64,000 nt of DNA from Candidatus Bathyarchaeia archaeon (lineage in GTDB: Archaea > Thermoproteota > Bathyarchaeia > Bathyarchaeales > Bathycorpusculaceae), in contig JBEKKX010000001.1 of assembly GCA_050010515.1 (NCBI GenBank), positions 32,001 through 96,000 of the forward strand. The letters run 5' to 3'. Of the stretch, positions 9,996-18,898 are shown piece by piece (within the stretch, counting starts at the first letter, position 1; the number at the start of each line of letters is the position of its first letter). The translations under genes were made by a program, and so were the position numbers. Under the pieces are notes generated by a model. The model saw only the letters and a list, made by a program, of their open reading frames with translations, was not told the origin of the DNA and ran no database searches.

Positions 9996-10448
9996 TTAGG
10001 CCTCCTTCCTGAAGAAGAAAAGCACGCGATCGCCATGTGAGTCAGGCGGTATGCTCAGAATTTTGAGCGCCACTTCATCGCCCACGTGGATGTCCTTCGG
10101 GTCGGTTTCAACTATAGAGCTTAATAAACGTAAACCATTATCCAAGTCTATAACGGCATGTATCAATGGTGCTTTAAACTGAGGTGGTAGGGCTCCAACT
10201 TGGACCGAGAAGGCGTAAACTTTGCCTTTCTTGGGTATTTCAACATACTCTATTTCTTCTGATAGACATTCAGGGCAGATCGCTTCAGGGGGCCAGAACA
10301 TGTAACCACATGCTTTGCACTTTGTTGTAGTTAGTTTGCCTTGTTTTAGGTTTTCAAAAAACCCCCAAAGCTTTGTTTCATCTTTGTTTTGTTGTGGGAA
10401 TATATCCATGACATAAGAATAGTCCTTGTGATCTCCCGCCTCGCTCAT
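9996..10448 (-). CDS. DUF35 Zn-ribbon/OB-fold protein (thiolase partner)
   Basis: CKAC...CPEC, GKVYAFS, VGDEV; directly downstream of the thiolase. Confidence 0.9.
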   Translation of the reverse strand: MSEAGDHKDYSYVMDIFPQQNKDETKLWGFFENLKQGKLTTTKCKACGYMFWPPEAICPECLSEEIEYVEIPKKGKVYAFSVQVGALPPQFKAPLIHAVIDLDNGLRLLSSIVETDPKDIHVGDEVALKILSIPPDSHGDRVLFFFRKEA

Positions 10449-10460
10449 ATTGATAACTCC

Positions 10461-11648
10461 TCAATCAACCCCGCTCTTGTATATGATAACGTGATGCTCC
10501 CCCAAGCCACTGAGGTTGTGGTTAAGGGCGGTCTTCGCATCTTTTACTTGTCGCTCGCCTGCCTCACCTCTTAATTGAAGGAATATTTCGTAGGCTTGAG
10601 CAATTCCGGTGGCACCAAATGGATGACCACAAGCGATGAGACCGCCTCGTGGGTTAATCACGATTTGTCCACCGTAATCAGATAATCCGTTTTCCACGAA
10701 CTTACCGCCTTCTCCTTTTTTGCACCAGCCGAACTCTTCTGTTTCGATTATTTCAGATATGCTGAAGCAATCGTGAATTTCTGCTAGATCAATGTCTTCC
10801 GGTTTTACACCAGCCATTTCGTAAGCTTGTTTTGCTGCTAACTTCAGGGCGGGCCACTCGGACCAATCTTTGTGAGCTGCCGCCCAACTGCCATTCAAAC
10901 AAACTTGACCTGTTCCGACTAGGTAAACAGGCTTGTCAGTGAGTTCTTTGGCTTTTTCTTCAGATGCCAAGATAATTGCTGCGGCGCCATCAGTATTTGT
11001 GCAACAGTCGAATAATTTCAACGGACTAGACACCACTTTTGAACACATTATCGTTTCCAGTGAAACCTTGCCGTGTTTCTGGTATCTTTCATAATGATGA
11101 GCATAGGGAGTTTTTGTTGCGTGGGCATGATTCTTCAGTGCCACCTTGCCAAGCTGCTCTTCAGTTGTCCCATATTTTCTCATATGAGCTTGAGCTACCA
11201 TAGCGAAGAGAGATGGTGGATTCATGCCAAAGCAGCCTTCCCATTCTTTGTCAGTTGCAGAAGAGGCGTTAAAAAAAATTTCGTCGTGTGAAGGAATAAG
11301 AAGTTTTTCCGCGCCTACGCACATGACCATGTCCACATATCCGCTTGCAATAGCCCACCAAGCGGTACGTAACGCAGTAGTTCCACTAGCACATTGGTTT
11401 TCAACACGCATGTAAAGTTTCGTTGGATGTACACCCAAGACTTGCGCCATAAATGAGGCTGGATGAATTTGAATAGCGGTCCGCTCAGAATAAGCTGTGG
11501 CAAGTATAAATCCTTGGATGTCTTTGTTCGAGATATTTGAGTAACTATCGAAGCACACTTTGCCGGCTTCTTGAACTAACTGGCGAAACGTTGCAGCTCT
11601 TTTTCCCCACTTGTTTACGCCACCGGCCACTATTGCTACTCGTTTCAT
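10461..11648 (-). CDS. SCP-x-type thiolase (acetyl-CoA acyltransferase family)
   Basis: ENQCASG, DGAAA, EIHDCF, GHPFGATG. Confidence 0.92.
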   Translation of the reverse strand: MKRVAIVAGGVNKWGKRAATFRQLVQEAGKVCFDSYSNISNKDIQGFILATAYSERTAIQIHPASFMAQVLGVHPTKLYMRVENQCASGTTALRTAWWAIASGYVDMVMCVGAEKLLIPSHDEIFFNASSATDKEWEGCFGMNPPSLFAMVAQAHMRKYGTTEEQLGKVALKNHAHATKTPYAHHYERYQKHGKVSLETIMCSKVVSSPLKLFDCCTNTDGAAAIILASEEKAKELTDKPVYLVGTGQVCLNGSWAAAHKDWSEWPALKLAAKQAYEMAGVKPEDIDLAEIHDCFSISEIIETEEFGWCKKGEGGKFVENGLSDYGGQIVINPRGGLIACGHPFGATGIAQAYEIFLQLRGEAGERQVKDAKTALNHNLSGLGEHHVIIYKSGVD

Positions 11649-12179
11649 GTTATGACCTAAAACTCGTCATACGATTCGATTATTTAAGTTTTCTAGCACG
11701 CACCGCTGCAGGACAGCGAATATTTATTCTCTCTAATTACAGGCATAAAACAAGCAGAATACACGCGTACACAGTTACGGAATATTCCCAGTTTACGCAA
11801 ACTTGCTCCAGAACCTATTATGGAGATCAACCTCATTACCGCAAGAAAAAACAACGTCATAAATGGCGAGACCAACATAATCGAGACAAAAAAGAGAAGC
11901 ATAAAGATTAAGGTAAAGATAACTGAAACGATAATTCCAAATGTCGTGGCGATTCCGCATGGCTGAGCTAACGCCAATGAAAATGAATTGACTGTTACTG
12001 AAAATTTCGATCCAATTTGGGTCTTCCAGCACCGAAAGGCGCGCCTTACAGAATTAGAAGTACAGAATCGCACTCCCCTTTCGTTCCTTTCCAATGTCGG
12101 TGAGAGATAGAGGAAAGAAATTTGTTAAGATTACGGAAAGGCTTGACGCATGGGCTTGATCTGCAAATTCCTTTTTTTA

Positions 12180-14201
12180 TTAAAGACCGACGAAGTTGGG
12201 TTTTCTTTTCTCCACGAAAGCTGATATTCCTTCTTTTGCCGCCCTTGTGCAGGCGACCTCTCCAAAGGCCTTGTAACCAATTTCCAAAGCCCCCTCAAAA
12301 GTCTTAGCCGTTGCAGCTTGTTTTATAGTTTTGTAGATTATTGCATCCACTTCTCTGCTAAGGGCTAAACCCTCAGCACTGGGTTTTTCAACCGTTTCCA
12401 GTTCCCCTATGTCAACTGGTTCATCCCGCACTCTTTGAATGTTACCCACACTATTTTTGACTTCGGATAAAGCAACTTCAATCAAGTCTGCATAACTGTC
12501 AGCAATTTTCGTTGTCAATTCCATGTTTAATGCTTCCTTGGCCGAAATTCTCCTCGCAAACCGTATGGCCTCTTGAAAGACTGGGAACGCGGACTTATCC
12601 CATTTCCTAAAGGGCACAACTATTCCGCCGATCCCTGGGAGAATGCCTAGGGTAACTTCAGGTAACTGGAACCACGCGTTCTCCGTTGTAACAATCTTGT
12701 GACAACGCATCACCAATTCAAAGCCACCTCCGAGTGCGTATCCGTTAACGGCAGCAACTACGGGCTTGGTAACCCGATCAAGATACCGCAACAGTCTGGA
12801 GGTATCACGAGCATACCCAGCTGCAGCTCTAGCGTCCCCTATCAGTTCAGGAAACTTGCTGATTTCTGCCCCAGAACAGAATGCTGAAGGTCCATATCCA
12901 GTGATCACGAAGCCCGTTACGTGTGGATTTGCTTCGCCTTCCTTAACGACCGACAGAATTTCCTCATTGACCTCATCGTTAAGGGCGTTCCTGACGTAGG
13001 GTCTCCTTATAGTAATTACTTTTACACTCTCCATGTCGTCGACTAGAATATGCCTATAAAAGGCTTGGTAGTACGAGAAATCCTTTTTCTGATCTGGCAT
13101 TCCAGGTTTTGATTCAGAGAACTTCTTCATTATCCTTGTGACCTCAGGTTCTCCCAGACCTCGCATTATGTCCAATGGACCACGTCTGAAACCGAGACCG
13201 ACTTGGCAACCTAAGTTAAGATCGGCAATTGACCCAATTGCTCTGTCAATCACATCGAAGGACTGCGAGAACAATATTCCTAATAGTCTTTCGCGAATTA
13301 ACTCCGCAATTTCTTTGGGAACCAGCACGTTACCTTCAACGCGCCATGTGTCCACAGACTTGAATATTTCCGCTGGTTTGTAGTGCTCGCCTTCTTCCAT
13401 CTGAATCGTGTTTGTCTTAACTATTATGGGATTACCCTTTGAAAAATTCAATACGAAAAAGGGCCCTGCAAAAACGAATTCCTGGGCCACTTTGTCTATC
13501 TGAGATGCCGTGGCGATACCCAACAAAAACCCAGATTCATTGCACCAGTTGTCAAATATCCTGTCAAGCATGAAACAAATTTCGTCTTTAGTGACTAATG
13601 GAACCTTGCCTAAAGCACAAAACAGCCAACAAAGGTAATGTACGAGTTCTGCATCTGCAGCCTCCCAATCTACGATTTCAACCGCCTCGTTCCTCCAAGC
13701 AGGTGAAAAAAAGTGAGTTACCGTTGCTCTCTTCTTGTTTCTCAGATCGGAAAAGATTCTCTTGGCAGGTAACGCACTAGTATTTGAGGCGATTACGGTC
13801 TCGCTGCCCACAAACGTTTCAATTAGGGCAAAGACTTTCTTTTTGATATTTATATCCTCTGTCACTGCTTCGATGACTATATCCGCGCCCGATATTGTTG
13901 AATAATCGGTAGTGTAAGTTATACCTGAGCCTATGTCTTCGGCTTCTTTTTCGCTGATCTTCTTGTATGACAGCGCCTTTTGAATGTAACTGTCGATCTT
14001 GCTTCTAGCATTATCAAGCTGTTTCAGGTCTATGTCAACAAGAATGAGTTTGAGGCTGGGTAGGGCGTACTTTAAGAAGTAACATATATCGGGTCCTATT
14101 GCGCCCGCGCCTATTAGGGCAACTTTTTTGGGGAGGGATCTTTTCGGTTCCCGAAGCAAAGGATTCTTATATTCCATCATGTTTCCAACCATTTCAGGCA
14201 C
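12180..14201 (-). CDS. Fused 3-hydroxyacyl-CoA dehydrogenase / enoyl-CoA hydratase
   Basis: GAGAIG, EAVTE, SNTS, HFFSPA; crotonase motifs AFCSGA, GYALGGGFEL, LPEVTLG. Confidence 0.92.
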   Translation of the reverse strand: MPEMVGNMMEYKNPLLREPKRSLPKKVALIGAGAIGPDICYFLKYALPSLKLILVDIDLKQLDNARSKIDSYIQKALSYKKISEKEAEDIGSGITYTTDYSTISGADIVIEAVTEDINIKKKVFALIETFVGSETVIASNTSALPAKRIFSDLRNKKRATVTHFFSPAWRNEAVEIVDWEAADAELVHYLCWLFCALGKVPLVTKDEICFMLDRIFDNWCNESGFLLGIATASQIDKVAQEFVFAGPFFVLNFSKGNPIIVKTNTIQMEEGEHYKPAEIFKSVDTWRVEGNVLVPKEIAELIRERLLGILFSQSFDVIDRAIGSIADLNLGCQVGLGFRRGPLDIMRGLGEPEVTRIMKKFSESKPGMPDQKKDFSYYQAFYRHILVDDMESVKVITIRRPYVRNALNDEVNEEILSVVKEGEANPHVTGFVITGYGPSAFCSGAEISKFPELIGDARAAAGYARDTSRLLRYLDRVTKPVVAAVNGYALGGGFELVMRCHKIVTTENAWFQLPEVTLGILPGIGGIVVPFRKWDKSAFPVFQEAIRFARRISAKEALNMELTTKIADSYADLIEVALSEVKNSVGNIQRVRDEPVDIGELETVEKPSAEGLALSREVDAIIYKTIKQAATAKTFEGALEIGYKAFGEVACTRAAKEGISAFVEKRKPNFVGL

Positions 14202-14292
14202 AACGTACTTTCAGCATTTCACGCCTGTCCTTATGAAATCAAGATAGAAGTTCTTAATCATATTCTGGCCCTGGTAACTTGTGTCGATCCAG

Positions 14293-15054
14293 CTAGAGAC
14301 CTAGTCCTCCTCCGTCGACTGATATCACTTGACCCGTCATATATCCCCCTTCGTCAGATGCGAATAATACGAATATGCCTGTAATCTCATCCGGGTTTTT
14401 GTCCAAATCCACCATTCTAGCCAGAACCCTGTTGTCAATCATTATTGGCTTGACTTTTTCTGGAACGTTCCTAGTCATATCCGTCCATGCAGCTGGGGCT
14501 ATAGCGTTAACTGTAATTCCGTATCTTCGCCCCAGCTCGAGCGCGCAGGTCTTGGTAAAACCTATGAGGGCAGCCTTAGCTGAGCTATAATTGACTTGAC
14601 CAACATTTCCCCTAAGCCCAGCGCGCGAGGTAACATTGATTATCCTTCCGCTTTTTTGCTGGATCATAATTTTGGCCGCAAATTGTGTACAAAGGAATGC
14701 ACCTTTGAGATGGACCGCTATCACTTGATCAAATTCTTCCTCTGTCATGTTGACCAAAAGATTGTCTTTTCCGAAACCTGCGTTGTTGACCAAAATATCA
14801 AGTTTTCCAAATTCTTTGACTGCAGTATTAATTACCCTCTCCGCGTCATCCTTCTTGGATACGTCCCCCGCACAGCCAACGGCTTTACCGGAACATACCG
14901 CATTAATCTCGTTTACAACTCTATCGACGTTTTCGGCAGTCCTGGCATTCACAACAACGTAGGCTCCTTCCTTAGCAAAACGTTTTGCAATAGCTTCACC
15001 GATACCTTTTCCCGACCCCGTAACGACTGCCACTTTACCATGTAGTCTTTCCAT
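14293..15054 (-). CDS. Short-chain dehydrogenase/reductase (3-oxoacyl reductase, FabG-like)
   Basis: TGSGKGIG, NNAG, YSSAK. Confidence 0.9.
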   Translation of the reverse strand: MERLHGKVAVVTGSGKGIGEAIAKRFAKEGAYVVVNARTAENVDRVVNEINAVCSGKAVGCAGDVSKKDDAERVINTAVKEFGKLDILVNNAGFGKDNLLVNMTEEEFDQVIAVHLKGAFLCTQFAAKIMIQQKSGRIINVTSRAGLRGNVGQVNYSSAKAALIGFTKTCALELGRRYGITVNAIAPAAWTDMTRNVPEKVKPIMIDNRVLARMVDLDKNPDEITGIFVLFASDEGGYMTGQVISVDGGGLGL

Positions 15055-15224
15055 ATTACATCCTCCAGACTATTTGGCTCGCGCGCGCTCTTTTCTCCAA
15101 GAAAACTTCAATTTCTGCTTCTCGATCTTCCAAAACATGACATGAAGCAAACAACTCTCACACGCCTCATGGATAGCGTTCTATCGAAAACGGAGCATAT
15201 ATAACTTTCTTTGAGCACGCGCTA

Positions 15225-15550
15225 GCGAGATTGTCTTCTCTGACTTTGCGGATGAATCTGCTGAGAACACTTCTGGGGTAGGCTGCTTCGCTTGGTTTGA
15301 TGAGGCACAGTTTTCTGAGCCGCAGGTCCATGTCGAGCTGTCTTGTCATTTCTCTTAAGCTGCGAACGGCCTTAATTCGCATAATGATGAAGGCTCTGAA
15401 AAACCCCAATGGGTTTCTTTGAGGTCTGCCGGGTCCGTCTGTGTGAAAGCACCCGAGCAAGGTTGCTTTGGCAAAGCTTAAGTCGATGTTTTAAAAGAGA
15501 GTTTCAAGGGTCTCGTGTTCATCTTGTCCCGCCGGGATTCACCTCCTAAG
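15225..15550 (-). pseudogene. Truncated transposase N-terminus (IS5/IS1182-like DUF772 domain), IS remnant
   Basis: GPGRPQRNPLGFFRAFIIMRIKAVRSLREMTRQL...RKLC...YPRSVLSRF. There is an upstream in-frame stop, no DDE domain, and a GGAGGTGA RBS near 15540. Confidence 0.7.
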
Positions 15551-15805
15551 CTTGGACGTTACTCAAAAATACGAGACCCCAACTACAAATTAATCATTAA
15601 TCAATCTCCGGACAAACCAGCGCCCTTCTGTGACATTTTTAGGGCGTGAAGACTATGAAGACAGCGATGAAAGACGGAAGGTGATTGTTCAAAAGCTAGA
15701 CACATTTAAAGAACATCCGGATAGGTTTATCCAGTTACGCGCACTAAGATACGCGTCTCAAGTCAACGGAACGGAACAAACAGGCTGCATAAGAGGAATA
15801 GAATT

Positions 15806-16576
15806 TTGCATGCGGAAATAAGTAATGAAGATGAGACCCCTGTTGAGAAAGGAAAAAGGATCGTCAAAGCAGCGTACGATGACGGAGTGACCTTGAGGTT
15901 GATTGGAGGCTTGGCAGTTCGATTTCACTGCCATGGACCTCATTCCTCGCACCTGCGGGCTTATAATGATATTGACTTATTCGGTTTGAACAAAGAACTC
16001 GGAAGAATATACTCAGTTTTTCAGAAACTTGGTTACTCTCCTAATGACAAATACAACGTCCTCTACGGCGCAACTCGTCTACAGTTCATTGACCAGAAAA
16101 GCGCAGGTCATGTAGACATATTCTTGGACAAGTTCATGATGGACCACACTCTTGATTTTAGACAACGCCTTCAGTTAGACAAACTGACGATCCCGATAAC
16201 AGATCTTTTGTTGACGAAACTCCAAATTGTTAGACTAGCCGCAAAAGACGCCACAGACATTATAGCTATACTGGAAGATCATGAGATCGGACTCGTAAAC
16301 GGTCAAGAAACATTAAACGTGGAATACATAGCGGAGCTATGCTCAAGCAATTGGGGTTTGCACAAAACAGTGACTGATAATCTGCTCAAGATGACTGAGA
16401 TCATTGAAAAGCGATCGTTGGAAGCCGCCGAAAGGAAAGATCTCGTTCGCAAACTCGAAGCTATTCAAAACATCGTAAAAATCAAGAAAAAAACACTCAG
16501 GTGGAGACTTCGCAGCGTCATTGGTGAAAGAGTTAGATGGTATCAGGATATCGAAAGCGGCGAAGGAGAGATCTAA
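15806..16576 (+). CDS. Uncharacterised Pol-beta-fold nucleotidyltransferase (paralog B)
   Basis: LRLIGGLAVRFHC...RAYNDIDL...VDIFLD; LLLTKLQIV..AKDATD; colinear with 7913..8680 through the C-terminal WY. Confidence 0.7.
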   Translation: MHAEISNEDETPVEKGKRIVKAAYDDGVTLRLIGGLAVRFHCHGPHSSHLRAYNDIDLFGLNKELGRIYSVFQKLGYSPNDKYNVLYGATRLQFIDQKSAGHVDIFLDKFMMDHTLDFRQRLQLDKLTIPITDLLLTKLQIVRLAAKDATDIIAILEDHEIGLVNGQETLNVEYIAELCSSNWGLHKTVTDNLLKMTEIIEKRSLEAAERKDLVRKLEAIQNIVKIKKKTLRWRLRSVIGERVRWYQDIESGEGEI

Positions 16577-16832
16577 CCGAACGTAACAGCGCGCACAGCG
16601 CTTCTTCTCTTTTTTTTGGAGAAATATTAGTCAATTCCTAAGATAGTCTAACCGCAAGGACTAAACAGGCATGGAAAATGTCCAAAATTCTTCTTGCTGC
16701 CTTTCCGAATATTGAAAGATTCACAAGACAAACTGCGCGATGCGTTCAGAGACCATAACCATCGAAAAGCGTGTATTTACTGCTGAGCAATAGTACTATA
16801 GATGGGACTTGTGTCTAAGGGAGAAAAGGTTG

Positions 16833-17081
16833 ATGTACGCAAAAGACAAGGAAATCGAGATGCTTGCTTCAAAACAATCGTGTTTCAATGTTCACGGCGC
16901 TGGAAAACTGTATTTTAACGATGAAAAAAATCAGTTGCGCGAGTTAACTGGTGAAATTTTTGTGGTCTGAGACCCAGGGTGTCAAGTCATTTATGTGCAA
17001 ATTTCAAGTGGCGGAAAGCAATTTCTGATGCCCATTCAAAGTGTTGACTCGATTAAATGGGATAAGAAGACCAAAGAATAA
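16833..17081 (+). pseudogene. Small beta-rich ORF interrupted by an in-frame TGA (16968-16970)
   Basis: MYAKDKEIE...LTGEIFVV*DPGCQVIYVQISSGGKQFLMPIQSVDSIKWDKKTKE; the frame continues 36 codons past the stop. Confidence 0.35.
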
Positions 17082-17181
17082 CGCACGCGCTAAGTAGCTC
17101 TGCATCTGAAGTTAGCTGAAAACATCGTTAGTGTTATCCTTGCAAATATGCTCTAGAGTTTATTGTTTCTGGGTCTCATTT

Positions 17182-18486
17182 TCACATTAAGGGGGTTGAA
17201 GAGTTCATTTTGATGACGACTTTGTTATCTGAAAGCTTCGCCACATACTCCCAACCTTCAGCCAGATAATTGTTTGCTTCATCAACGGTGACAACTTTCT
17301 GTTTGGCACCGTTCGTTGTTTGCGTCCCCAATAGCTTCTTCTTAACGATGCCTTGAAGCTCTTCGTCGCTGATCGATGGTACGTCCATTTTGTCCAACTC
17401 TCCCTGGGTGAAGCCAGCCACCAACAAAAGTTGCTTCCTGAAGCTACCCCTAAGCTTCTCCTCGCTGGTTTCCTCCTTCATCTTAGTCTGTAAAAACTCT
17501 TCGCTTCTCGCGTAAGCCGCCCGCATATCCTCCACAACAGACTCAGGTAACCTTTGCTTGTTAGTTGTATACCGGTTTTCAATATCGCCTTTATGGCCCA
17601 TCCAAAACTGCCGATAATCCCTAAGCACTAAACCCTTCGACTCAGCAAGCAGTAACATCGTATCAAAATAGCACCGCAAAACGTACGGTCGCCAAGGAAG
17701 CCCAGCGCTTCTGATGGCTAGCCTCATCATATCTCCAATGTTCACTGTGCGTATGAAAGGTTTTTGAGCAAACTTGGGTTTAACAATGGCGGAGTCGGAT
17801 GTCAGCAGTTCGCCGTCTCTGAGGCGTTCTTCCAAGTAGTCTTTCAGGTAGCTACAGGCTTCTTCTGTTAGGAACGTGAAATATTGATGGCGGGCCTTGC
17901 TAAGGGCTGAGCGAACAATAATCATTGTGGGAGTCTTTTCAAAGCTTACTTCGGACCCTTTGATCTTGAGTTCGGGTAAGTCGCGCATTCTTAGACCATC
18001 TAAACCGTTATAGTTGCCAAGTGTCTCCAGTCTTAAGCCTGCATGGGCGATTATAGCGCAGGCTGTGCGGGCCTGTTTGCTTCCGGACAGGAAAATGCGT
18101 TTCAGTTCTTCTTTCGTGGGGACGCGTTCGTCATTGAGGGTCGGCGTCTCATAGGCACCCGTGATCCTTATCTTGCGTTTAAGCTGGATTCCACTGTGGG
18201 CAAGCCATGACTTGACGACCTTGGTCGTGTTGCGGATATAGCTACCTGCATGCTCCTTCTGTGCGGAGGTGACGTAGTCCATGAGGAGGTCTTCTAATTC
18301 CGTGACAGGTTTTCGCGCGAGTTGCCCTGGCGTTATGTCCATGAGCTGGCAGAAGTTCCCCAGATTTCGTAGGTAGATTTGGGCGCAGGCGGGTGAACCA
18401 CGGATAAGGTTCTCGTACCAGCGCCTCACATCTTTATCTTCAAGCAGATATCGGTATTTGGAGCGGGGATGAGGAGAATCAGACAA
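17182..18486 (-). CDS. Site-specific tyrosine integrase
   Basis: GLRLETL (R), LSKA (K), PYVLRCYF (Y-x-x-R), WMGH, RYTT (catalytic Y); adjacent to the tRNA 3' end. Confidence 0.92.
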   Translation of the reverse strand: MSDSPHPRSKYRYLLEDKDVRRWYENLIRGSPACAQIYLRNLGNFCQLMDITPGQLARKPVTELEDLLMDYVTSAQKEHAGSYIRNTTKVVKSWLAHSGIQLKRKIRITGAYETPTLNDERVPTKEELKRIFLSGSKQARTACAIIAHAGLRLETLGNYNGLDGLRMRDLPELKIKGSEVSFEKTPTMIIVRSALSKARHQYFTFLTEEACSYLKDYLEERLRDGELLTSDSAIVKPKFAQKPFIRTVNIGDMMRLAIRSAGLPWRPYVLRCYFDTMLLLAESKGLVLRDYRQFWMGHKGDIENRYTTNKQRLPESVVEDMRAAYARSEEFLQTKMKEETSEEKLRGSFRKQLLLVAGFTQGELDKMDVPSISDEELQGIVKKKLLGTQTTNGAKQKVVTVDEANNYLAEGWEYVAKLSDNKVVIKMNSSTPLM

Positions 18487-18557
18487 GTTTCTTCGCCTAT
18501 TCTAGAGTAAAATGCGGCTAAGCATAAAAGATTTTGGGTTTTGAACCTGAATTAAGG

Positions 18558-18630
18558 TGCGGTCACCGGGATTTGAACCCGGGTTGTCAGCTTGGGAAGC
18601 TGATGTCCTACCAAGCTAGACTACGACCGC
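18558..18630 (-). tRNA. tRNA-Gly (anticodon CCC)
   Basis: GCGGTCG acceptor stem; anticodon arm TCAGC-TTCCCAA-GCTGA; T-arm CCGGG-TTCAAAT-CCCGG. Confidence 0.97.
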
Positions 18631-18898
18631 AAACGCTTTTTTGCATTTAGACCTGTTTGTTTTAGGTTTGCGTGAATATATTGATTCTCTTACTGTTCTG
18701 ATTCAATGCTGACGCCTTCAGGTTTAGTAAGCTGTACCTTTTGAAACCTATAAAACCTCAAGAACTTCTTTCAATAATTGATGAAAAACCAAGGAAAAAT
18801 AACGGTTAAAAAATAAGTTGTTTCTTACTTTTAGCATCCGAGCAAGCATAATCGTTATCTCTAACTAGCCAGAAAGAATATCGAGGAGAAAAACAGCT

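Larger units (their letters stand above)
1..18555. mobile_element. Genomic island / integrative element inserted at the 3' end of tRNA-Gly(CCC); left boundary lies outside the window
   Basis: Tyrosine integrase starts ~70 bp past the tRNA 3' end. Accessory catabolic cargo and an IS remnant lie on that side, housekeeping pur genes on the other. No second att copy was seen in the window. Confidence 0.7.

Noticed and set aside
15630-15821. 63-aa ORF upstream of NTase B
   Set aside because: No recognisable motif or RBS, and it lies in the disturbed region beside the IS remnant.
6165-17092. Short GCGCGC runs in island intergenic regions (about 6167, 15080, 16589, 17082) and a GCATGCGCATGC palindrome at 9861
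   Set aside because: Too short and low-complexity to separate from chance without statistics.
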